A stretch of 64,000 nt of DNA from assembly GCA_965227515.1 (NCBI GenBank), contig CBDDFZ010000001.1:3776001-3840000 (forward strand), read 5' to 3'. Positions 1 to 8,242 of this stretch are shown here, in pieces (the stretch's first letter is position 1; each line of letters starts with the position of its first letter). A model generated the notes under the pieces. It did not search any database. It was not told where the DNA came from and worked only from the letters and a program-made list of their open reading frames with translations. The DNA comes from Alphaproteobacteria bacterium. Its GTDB lineage: Bacteria; Pseudomonadota; Alphaproteobacteria; CALKHQ01. A program made the translations under genes and the position numbers.

Positions 1-2182
1 CCGCCATTCCGGCGTCCGCAACGTCGAACACCGCCATCCCGGCGCGCTCCTGCACGAAGTCGCCGGGCGCCGCGCCATTGCCCGCGGGTGCGGCAATAAC
101 CTGGGCGGACAGGCCCGCCGGTCGGCTCGCGTAGATCTCGGGCACGAGCTGGTAGGCATCGAGCCGGTGGGCCTGCATCTCCGCGATGATCCGGAATGTG
201 ACCAGCCGGGCCTCGTAGTCCCGGATGCTGCGCGCCAGCCGGGCGGCGCCGGGCAGATCGTCGCCTTCCGCCATGACCAGGGCGACATCCCCCCGGGCCC
301 GGTCGCGCAGGCCGTCGTCGTCAATCTCCTCGGTCGCGGCGATGGCCTCGCCATAGTCGCCGCGATCCGCCAGCACCCGGGCAATGGCGGCCTTGACCTG
401 ATCGACAGCCCCGCCCATCGCCCCGGATCCTTGCAGGCGTGCCGACAACGCTTCGAGCGCCGCCATGTCGCCGCGGTCGACGTGCACGTCGAGGATTGGC
501 TCGATGGCGAATTGCACCTGATCGGTGGACGCAATATCGATGACGGCGTCGGTCCGCTCTTCCAACAGCTCCTCGAATTCCGCGCCGCCCTGCACACGCC
601 CGATTTCCATCATGGCGCGGGCCCGCTCTTCCTCGTCGACGATCCGCTCCACGTAGGACGTCGCAGCCGCCACGTCGCCGCTGCGAGCCAGCCCGACGGC
701 AATCGTGCGCAGGGCCTGATCCAGGTAGGTGCCGGTGAGATCGGGCCTGAGGTCGATCAACGCGCGCGCGTCGTCCAGGCGATCCATTTCCGCCATGCGC
801 TTGGCGATGGGCCCCAAGGCACGGGTGCGGATCTCCGCATCGATGGCCGGGTCGTCGATCAGCAACGCCCATTCCAGGGCCTGGCTGACGTCGTCCAGTT
901 CGGCCAGCCGCTTCGCCAAGTCCGCGATGGCGCGAGGACGGCCTTCGGCCTCACTGATCTCGGTCAGAATCTCGGCGGCGCGGTCGGTCTGGTCGAGCTG
1001 GGCGGCGCGCCCGGTCACCAGCATCAGCGCGCTGCCGTCGTCCTCATCGAGCAGGCCGCGCGCGATCGCCTCGGCCCGGTCCAGCGCTTCGATCAATGCT
1101 TCCGGATATTCGGCATCGCGATAGGCGGCGGCAACGTCGAGCCACACATTGATGGTGTTGCGGGTCGGCTCCATCAGGCGGGCCGCGTATTCAGCGTCGG
1201 CCGGCAGGTCGGCGGACAGGGCCCGTTCGGCGGAATATTGGAGCCAGTCACTCCGCAGGGAAGAATCGGCGATGGCGCGCGCCACCAGCCGGGCGGTGGC
1301 ATGGTCGCCCATATCGGTCGAGAGGCGCGACACGGATTCCAGCAGCGGCGTGCGCAGGTCGGTCAGGCTGACCTCAATGGCGGCGGCATATTGGAATGCA
1401 CGCTCCATGTCCGCCTGCGACAGCGCTTCGGCGGACAGTTCGGCCAGGCGCTCGTTGTCGAATTCGGGGGCTTCGTATGCGCCCACGGCGGGCAACTCCG
1501 GCACCTCGCCCCACCGATGCAATGCCGAGATCGCCCACGCCCGCATGATGGTGGCTTCGTACGCGGGCGCATTGATGCCCTGGAGCAGCGCAAAGACCTC
1601 CTCGGGCGCCAGCATGTCGCTGAGCGCCGCGGCGTCGGCAATCCGTGCGCGAAGGGACGCCCCCTCCTCCGACGGATCGACCAGGACTGCGACGTCGACC
1701 GCCGCGCGAAACAGATCGCCGGCGGCCCAACTGTCGCCCTGGGCATTGAGGCACTGTGCGACGCCTATCAACGCTTCCAGGCGATAGGCCGCCGAGGCGG
1801 TGTCGTCCTGTACCGCACGGTCCGAAACGGCCTGCAGCCAGTCACCGTCCTCCGGCGTCACCAGCGCGGACCGCTCATCCCCCATGTTGCAGGCCGTCGC
1901 GGCAAAGCCGATGGTCCAGCGCAGCACATCGTCGTCGAGGGGAGCGTCGGCGCCGTTGGGCAGCGCGCCCGCGATCAGACCACGATACGCATCGGCACGT
2001 TCCGCATCGGACCCGTCCAGCAGAACGGCCATCGTTTCCGGCGAAACAGGTTCGGCCCCCTGGACGGCCCCGGCCGCGCCAATGGCGGCGGCCAGCATGA
2101 CCGGCAGGGCGAGCCGGTGCGCGGCGCCTCGGCCCGGGCCACGCCGCTCTGCTATTGCGCTCATTGAGTTGCTGAAGGTCAC
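1..2182 (-). CDS. Large secreted alpha-helical repeat (TPR-like) protein, 3' end outside window; candidate AlgK-analogous scaffold
   Basis: Missing from the ORF track because no stop lies in the window. GTG at 2182 overlaps the manC TGA and follows GGAGGT. Hand translation of both ends gives a signal-like segment (LALPVMLAAAIGAAGAVQG) and helical repeats (YGEAIATAEEIDDDGLRDRARGDVA). The + ORF 167..2167 is its antisense shadow. Confidence 0.75.
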   Translation of the reverse strand, partial: MTFSNSMSAIAERRGPGRGAAHRLALPVMLAAAIGAAGAVQGAEPVSPETMAVLLDGSDAERADAYRGLIAGALPNGADAPLDDDVLRWTIGFAATACNMGDERSALVTPEDGDWLQAVSDRAVQDDTASAAYRLEALIGVAQCLNAQGDSWAAGDLFRAAVDVAVLVDPSEEGASLRARIADAAALSDMLAPEEVFALLQGINAPAYEATIMRAWAISALHRWGEVPELPAVGAYEAPEFDNERLAELSAEALSQADMERAFQYAAAIEVSLTDLRTPLLESVSRLSTDMGDHATARLVARAIADSSLRSDWLQYSAERALSADLPADAEYAARLMEPTRNTINVWLDVAAAYRDAEYPEALIEALDRAEAIARGLLDEDDGSALMLVTGRAAQLDQTDRAAEILTEISEAEGRPRAIADLAKRLAELDDVSQALEWALLIDDPAIDAEIRTRALGPIAKRMAEMDRLDDARALIDLRPDLTGTYLDQALRTIAVGLARSGDVAAATSYVERIVDEEERARAMMEIGRVQGGAEFEELLEERTDAVIDIASTDQVQFAIEPILDVHVDRGDMAALEALSARLQGSGAMGGAVDQVKAAIARVLADRGDYGEAIAATEEIDDDGLRDRARGDVALVMAEGDDLPGAARLARSIRDYEARLVTFRIIAEMQAHRLDAYQLVPEIYASRPAGLSAQVIAAPAGNGAAPGDFVQERAGMAVFDVADAGMA

Positions 2183-3360
2183 GAGAAGTTACCTCCGACC
2201 GATGAATGGGATTGCAATATCGCCTCCACGCCCTGGTTCTCGGGCGCAGGGTCCTGGGCCGGTCTCGCAGCCGCCGGTGGCGGCGCTGCCGACCGCCCGT
2301 CGCGCTCTTTCAGCAACGCTTGGACCTGCTTCACGTTCTCCGACTGGTGCCGGTCGCAGATCAGCAGCGCGCCATTGGCTTCGACGACCACGATGTCGCT
2401 GACGCCGACCACGGCCACGGTCATGTCGCTGCGGACAAGATTGTTTCGGGCCTCGACGAACAGGCTGTCCGCCCCGCCATGATTGCCCTCGCCGGACTTT
2501 TCGCTGATCTCCCAGATCGAGCCCCAGGACCCGATGTCGGACCAATCGGCCGAGAGCGGCACCACCACCGCGTTGCGCGTCGGCTCCATCACCGCATAGT
2601 CGATGGAGATGGCCGGGCACTCCTCGAACCTGGCCGACGGGTAGAACCTGCCGGAGTGATAGCGGCCGGTCTTGAAGCTTCGATGCGTGTTGTCGAACAC
2701 GTCCTCGGCGTACTGGCCGAGCTCGTTCAGATAGGTATCGGCGGCAAACAGGAACATGCCGCTGTTCCAGTAGTACTGACCGGACTCCACATAGGCCGTC
2801 GCGTTCTCCAGCGCGGGCTTCTCGCGGAAGCCCGCCACCCGATACATCTTGGAGTAGCCGTCAACCTGCACGCCGCGGCGAATGTAGCCGTAGCCCGTGT
2901 GCGGCGTGGTCGGCTCTATACCGAACGTCACCAGGCTGCCTTCGGCGGCCGCGTGCGCCGCATCGCGCACCGCGATGATCAGCGGCTCCAGCTCGCCGAT
3001 ATGATGGTCGGACGGCAACACCCACATCAGGCTGTTGCCCCGGTCCCGCCGCAGCCAGCGCGCGGCAAGTGCGATGCCGGGAGCGGTATTGCGGCCTGTG
3101 GGCTCCGCGATGATGCAAGCCGGCTCGATGTTGACTTCCGCCAGCTGTTCGGCGACCCGCGCCACATGTTCGGCATTGGTGACCAGTACCGGCGCGCTGC
3201 CGGTCACCGCCATCGCGCGCAGCACCGTCATCTGAAGCAGCGAGTGCTTGCTGTGCAGCCGGTGAAACTGCTTGGGCATGGCGTCGGTGGACAGGGGCCA
3301 CAGGCGCTTGCCTCCCCCCCCGCATAGGATCACCGGACAGATATTGTTCAATGGCAGCAT
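2179..3360 (-). CDS. manC: Mannose-1-phosphate guanylyltransferase (ManC/AlgA GMP domain only)
   Basis: Motifs PVILCGGGGKRLWPLS, PKQF, EPTGRNTAP, YGYI, FREKP, WNSGMF, SIDYAVME, WSDIGSW. Start may be 3414. Confidence 0.92.
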   Translation of the reverse strand: MLPLNNICPVILCGGGGKRLWPLSTDAMPKQFHRLHSKHSLLQMTVLRAMAVTGSAPVLVTNAEHVARVAEQLAEVNIEPACIIAEPTGRNTAPGIALAARWLRRDRGNSLMWVLPSDHHIGELEPLIIAVRDAAHAAAEGSLVTFGIEPTTPHTGYGYIRRGVQVDGYSKMYRVAGFREKPALENATAYVESGQYYWNSGMFLFAADTYLNELGQYAEDVFDNTHRSFKTGRYHSGRFYPSARFEECPAISIDYAVMEPTRNAVVVPLSADWSDIGSWGSIWEISEKSGEGNHGGADSLFVEARNNLVRSDMTVAVVGVSDIVVVEANGALLICDRHQSENVKQVQALLKERDGRSAAPPPAAARPAQDPAPENQGVEAILQSHSSVGGNFS

Positions 3361-3433
3361 CAGGTTTCTCGCAAGTGCTCGGTCATAGGTACTGTCGGGC
3401 AAGCGCGCCGGCACGTCGCCGGCACGGCATCCG

Positions 3434-4552
3434 CTATGACTGGTCCCCGCCGGCGAAGATCTGGCCGAGCCAACTCTCGCCGAACGTATCGATGGTTATG
3501 GCGACCGGCCGGCCGATCCATTCCAGCGGAATGTCCTCGGCGGTGCGCACTGTCACCTCGGCCGACACCACGGCCTTCGGGTCCAGGATCGGCTGGCCGA
3601 TTTCGGAAAGCTGGCGACGCATGTCGACCTTGGCGACCAAGCCCCACATGTTCTGGCCCGTGGCCGGGAATGTGAGCAGCACCTCCATCCCCTCCTGCAG
3701 TCGCAGCGCGCTGTCGTAGGGCACCAGGGCCGAGACCCGGGTTGCGGCGTCCAGCGGCGCCAGCAGGAACAGATTGGCGTCCACCCCGACCTGGCTGTCA
3801 TCGGTGACAAGCACATCGACGATACGGCAGGCGCAGGGGCTTTCCACGAAGTATGCCGAACCGCCCGGGGTGGTGACGGTGGCCAGCAGGTCGCCCGGCG
3901 CGACCGTTTCCTCGCCGGCGGCCTGGCTGAAGACCACGCGCCCGCCTTGGGGAGCCGCGATCTGAATGAGGTCGGACGTCACCACCGCGCTGTGCGCGGA
4001 GATGAGAAACGAGCGTTCGTAGATGCTCATCGCCACCAGCGCCAGGATGGCCAGCGCCGCGACCGAGAGCACCACCGGCATCAGGCGGCGGCTGCGCTTC
4101 TGGCGCGCGCTTTCCCGGGCGGTGGGTGCCGGCACGTCGAGCTTGGCCCCGGAATCCGCCCTCTGCATGAGGTTGAGCACGTCGTTGACGTGAACGATCT
4201 CGCCAGCCACGTGGGCGCGGACCATGTACTGCAGGATTGAGGCCTGGCTGGCCGACTGGTCCACCAGCCGGCATCCCATGCGGCCGGTCTCGGGCGACCG
4301 GTAGCAGACCTCGAACCTGACCTTGACGTCCATGTCGAAGTCGTCGAAAGGCAGGATCAGCCGGCCCGAATAACTGTTGCCGACCGACAGTGTCAGGCTC
4401 TCGGCCTGCACCGCGAAACCGCCGACAGACCAGTCGAGGATGTGATACCTCTGGCCGCCGATATCTATCGAGAGCGGAATCTGCAGCCGCGCGAACTGAC
4501 GCTGGCGCTCAGACTCATGAACAATGGCGGGTGTTTTCGTTACAGCATTCAC
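3434..4552 (-). CDS. alg44: Alg44-like c-di-GMP-binding PilZ / membrane-fusion co-polymerase
   Basis: IVHESERQRQFAR (RxxxR) and DWSVGG (DxSxxG) PilZ motifs, one TM helix, HlyD-like SPCAC segment; directly downstream of alg8. Confidence 0.88.
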   Translation of the reverse strand: MNAVTKTPAIVHESERQRQFARLQIPLSIDIGGQRYHILDWSVGGFAVQAESLTLSVGNSYSGRLILPFDDFDMDVKVRFEVCYRSPETGRMGCRLVDQSASQASILQYMVRAHVAGEIVHVNDVLNLMQRADSGAKLDVPAPTARESARQKRSRRLMPVVLSVAALAILALVAMSIYERSFLISAHSAVVTSDLIQIAAPQGGRVVFSQAAGEETVAPGDLLATVTTPGGSAYFVESPCACRIVDVLVTDDSQVGVDANLFLLAPLDAATRVSALVPYDSALRLQEGMEVLLTFPATGQNMWGLVAKVDMRRQLSEIGQPILDPKAVVSAEVTVRTAEDIPLEWIGRPVAITIDTFGESWLGQIFAGGDQS

Positions 4553-4555
4553 GAT

Positions 4556-6085
4556 TCATGATCCCAGCTTGGCGGTCCAGAACCCGAGATCGGGCAGTTC
4601 CAGGACGTTGATGAAAATTGCGACGGCGATGATGAGGCAGGCGAACGACATGGCCTGCAGGGCGACGGCCGACTGGCGCAGCCGACGTTCCCGGCTGCTC
4701 GACAGGCCTCGATTGAGCGTCGTTTTCTGTCGGGTCCATTTCTGGCGATCGAGCTGGAAGATGACGCTCGACTTCACGAGAGAGCCGACGATCTGGTTGT
4801 AGTAGAGGAGGAAGGGATAGGTGGCCGATACGTGCCGGCGCGCCGTCAGCAAGCTGAGGGTGAGCACGTATCGGGTCAGCCCGATCCAGCAGAGGTAATA
4901 GATCCAGGCGTACGGTGTGATGAACAACGTGGCCAGGATCGCGCCGATTGGCCCGACCATGGTGGTCCAGATCGACACGCGCTGGTCGACGATGCACCAC
5001 CAGGTGAACAGCCCCATCCGCCGCGGGCCCAGCGCAATGGCGCGCGCGTTGGTGCGCAGCATGTTGCCGAACCAGCGCCGCATCAGCATGACCGAAGCCT
5101 TGGTGAACTTCGGGTGCGGCGGCGATTCCACCGTCAGCACCTGGGCGTCCGGGATGTAGAGCATCTCGTAGCCGTTCTTCAGCATCCAGTACCACGACGA
5201 TTTGTCGTCGCCGGTCAGGAACCGGAAGCGCCCCAGGCGCCAGTGATCGATCCAGTCCAGCTCGACCTGGGAGATGAACGACGGATCGGTCAGCAGCTCG
5301 CCGCGGAACATCGACATGCGGCCGGTCAGCGTGAGCACGCGCCTGGAGAGCCCCACCGACGACATGGCGATGTGGCGCTGCGCGAACCGCATCGAGTACC
5401 AGTTGCGGAATATTCCAGCGCCCTCGACCGAGCAGAACTCGTCGGTCGTCAACGCGCCGACGTTCTTCCGCAACCGGAAGAACGGCACGCACTTCGACAG
5501 CAGACCGGGCATCAGCAGGCTGTCGCCATCGATGACGGCTGCAATGAAGCCGGCCGGCGGATTGTCGCGCGAGATCGCGCGGAAGGCGCAGGCCAGGCCG
5601 TCGCGCTTGCCTGAGCCCTTGATGCGAACCACCATCAGCTTGACGTGCTCCGGTGGATTGCAGGACTGGAAGAGCTGCTTGATGACGCGCTCGTCAGACA
5701 TTTCGACGATGGAGGCGACGATCGTGGTCGGCGCCCCGTATCGCGCGGCCTCCTCGATCACCGAGCGGTAGACGGCCAGCGTCGTGTCGGTGGAGATCCT
5801 GAAGCTGGTGACCAGTAGGTAGAGATGACTGGGCCGGGCGGCATCCCCCAACGCGTCGGCCTGGCGGCGCCAGCGCGGGAACACCACAAGCCGGTAGATC
5901 AGCGAGCGCACGAAGTGCACGCCGCCCCAGCCATAGCGCCAAACGCCGATGGCCCCGATGATGAACAGAAACTGCGCGGCATCGGGGTCCAGCAGCACTG
6001 GCGGAAGCTGCAGAATCGCAAGCGCCAGGACTGCCACGTAGAGAACGTGGCCCAGCAATGACGGTCGGCTACCTGCCTGTTCCAT
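4556..6085 (-). CDS. alg8: Alg8-like GT2 mannuronan synthase
   Basis: IGVWRYGWG, LVTSFRI, GKRDGLA, IDGDS, TLTGRMSMFR, HWRLGRFRFLTGDDKSSW and RRWFGNMLR match Alg8 motifs. Confidence 0.93.
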   Translation of the reverse strand: MEQAGSRPSLLGHVLYVAVLALAILQLPPVLLDPDAAQFLFIIGAIGVWRYGWGGVHFVRSLIYRLVVFPRWRRQADALGDAARPSHLYLLVTSFRISTDTTLAVYRSVIEEAARYGAPTTIVASIVEMSDERVIKQLFQSCNPPEHVKLMVVRIKGSGKRDGLACAFRAISRDNPPAGFIAAVIDGDSLLMPGLLSKCVPFFRLRKNVGALTTDEFCSVEGAGIFRNWYSMRFAQRHIAMSSVGLSRRVLTLTGRMSMFRGELLTDPSFISQVELDWIDHWRLGRFRFLTGDDKSSWYWMLKNGYEMLYIPDAQVLTVESPPHPKFTKASVMLMRRWFGNMLRTNARAIALGPRRMGLFTWWCIVDQRVSIWTTMVGPIGAILATLFITPYAWIYYLCWIGLTRYVLTLSLLTARRHVSATYPFLLYYNQIVGSLVKSSVIFQLDRQKWTRQKTTLNRGLSSSRERRLRQSAVALQAMSFACLIIAVAIFINVLELPDLGFWTAKLGS

Positions 6086-6130
6086 GTTTCGCCTCGCCCT
6101 GATGCGAACCTTCCTCGTCGCCTCGTCGCC

Positions 6131-7414
6131 CTACCAGCAAATCCCCTGGTAACGGTCGGAGCTCATCATCTGCGGGTCGATCCGCACCAGGTCGACCAAG
6201 TCGACGTTCTCCTCGGTGCGCGACAGCGCCGAGCGGAACGCCGGGGCGCCGTTGCCGATGATGATCAGTTCGGCGTGGTCGTAGATGTCCTCGATCTGAT
6301 CGGCCATGTAGCCGGCCAGCCCGTTCAAGCGCGTCTTGTCGGTCGAGTAGTACTCGTCGTAGATCTTGAGGTGGTAGCCGAGGCCGATCAGACGCTCCGC
6401 CAGTGTGACCAGCGGGCTTTCGCGAAGGTCGTCGGTGCCCGACTTGAAGGTCAGGCCCAGAAGGCCGACCCGATTGCGGCCGGAATCCTTGACCAGGTCG
6501 ACCGCGCGCTCGATCTGATGATCGTTCGCGCTCAAGAGCGCGTCGAAGACCGGGGTCTGCACGCCGTTGCGCCGCCCGAGCGCCACCAGAGCCCGCAGAT
6601 CCTTGGGCAGGCACGATCCGCCAAAGGCGAAACCGGGCTTCAGATACGCCGGCGAGATGTTCAGCCGATCGTCCTTGCACAGGATGTCCATGACCTGGTG
6701 GCTGTCGATGCCGACCGATCGACAGAGGTTCCCCATCTCGTTGGCGAACGTCACCTTGGTCGCATGCCAGGCATTGTTGGCGTACTTGACCGCCTCCGCG
6801 GTCTGGATGTCGGTCGTGACCTCCAGTGCCGAGAGTCGGCTGTTCAGCTCGTGCAGACGGTTGCGGGTGATCGCATCGCGCACTCCAAACAACGAGATCG
6901 CGGGATCGTAGAAATCCTTGATCGCCGTGCTCTCGCGGAGGAATTCGGGATAAAGCGCGATGCCAAACCCCTCGCCCGCAACCATGCCGGCTTCCTGCTC
7001 CAGCGCCGGGATGATCGTGCCGGCCATCGACCCCGGCAGCATCGTGCTACGGATCACGACCGAGTAGAACCGATTGAGCCCCTTCACCGCCGCGCCGATC
7101 TGGCGGGCGACCGTAGCGACATACTTCAGATCTACGTCGCCCTGCCCATCGCTGGGTGTGCCGACGCAGACAAAACACAGCTCAGTTGCCTTGATCGCCT
7201 CATCCGACGACATCGTTGCCGAAAGACGGCCGGCACGCACATTGTCGGCGACCAGTTCATCAAGACCGGCTTCGCCAATGGGTGCCCACCCGTCGTTGAT
7301 CGCATCGACCTTTCGCGAGTCGATGTCGACGAGCACCACCGTGTGGCCCTGATCGGCCAGGCAGGCCGCGCTGACCGTTCCCACATAACCGGCACCGAAT
7401 ATGGCTACCTGCAT
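6131..7414 (-). CDS. algD: GDP-mannose 6-dehydrogenase
   Basis: GAGYVG Rossmann motif, CVGTPS, PEFLRESTAIKDF, catalytic GGSCLPKD, FKSGTDDLRESP and C-terminal GICW typical of AlgD. Confidence 0.93.
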   Translation of the reverse strand: MQVAIFGAGYVGTVSAACLADQGHTVVLVDIDSRKVDAINDGWAPIGEAGLDELVADNVRAGRLSATMSSDEAIKATELCFVCVGTPSDGQGDVDLKYVATVARQIGAAVKGLNRFYSVVIRSTMLPGSMAGTIIPALEQEAGMVAGEGFGIALYPEFLRESTAIKDFYDPAISLFGVRDAITRNRLHELNSRLSALEVTTDIQTAEAVKYANNAWHATKVTFANEMGNLCRSVGIDSHQVMDILCKDDRLNISPAYLKPGFAFGGSCLPKDLRALVALGRRNGVQTPVFDALLSANDHQIERAVDLVKDSGRNRVGLLGLTFKSGTDDLRESPLVTLAERLIGLGYHLKIYDEYYSTDKTRLNGLAGYMADQIEDIYDHAELIIIGNGAPAFRSALSRTEENVDLVDLVRIDPQMMSSDRYQGICW

Positions 7415-8242
7415 ATTATCCCCCTTGAAGGATTCGTGACGTTCGGTTTGTCGACCCGGTGCGGCTGCCGAGCGCCGCTACGACGCTCTCCGACCAGATC
7501 GCTTCTGCCTGCAAAGCCAGTTCGGGCTTTCCGTTAAGCTGTTGGCCCGGCGGTTCCGTTTGCCCCGCTGCGCACCGACATCACACGCATTACGATAGTT
7601 TCATATCGAGCGGCCGGCGTGCCTGCACAGCGCTGGAATCTACTCTCACGGCCGTTGTGGAAGCCTGAGACTGGCGTATTTGTTCGCACGTGCACAAAAA
7701 AGCGGCGACACGTGCACGGGCCTGAACACCAGAGAAACAGAGGGTTTGAGTGCCTCCTGGCGTGTTAAGGAAAGGACATATTGCAAATTTTTTAACTTGA
7801 TCGGCGATCACACCGATTTGATCAACTTGATAACATAGGTTTATTTGGCTTTGACAAAGAGGCCCATCGCCCCACATACAAACATATGTTTGAGTAGTGT
7901 TACTCAGTTGAGTATTGCTGCGCTCATCGATAAAGTACCCAGTATATGGTCGGTCACCCGGATGGATGACCAATCCCGGCGCCGAGCGATTTCGCAGTTG
8001 CGAGAGGCGCCGGGCCATTGAGAGCCGACAGGGCGCGTATATGCGCCAGGGCCAAGGTCGGCCAAAATCGACGGGGAAATGAACAGGGGTGTGACGTAGG
8101 ACGAACACAATTAGCTGCCACTGAATGCGTACCATCATGCTGCACAGGACGGGTGCGGTAGGGGGTGCGAGCTTGTGTGCCTGGACTCTGCCCTGGCGTC
8201 ACAAGATCGGCTTGGCTAATTGGACCTTGGAACGGGGGAACA

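Noticed and set aside
167-2167. 666-aa plus-strand ORF and similar long ORFs (e.g. 47035..49272, 41338..43242, 59764..61740)
   Set aside because: Antisense shadows of real minus-strand genes in high-GC DNA; no recognisable motifs.
7797-7812. FNR/CRP box in the algD promoter region (ttgatcggcgatcaca)
   Set aside because: Half-site spacing is off by one for both consensus motifs.
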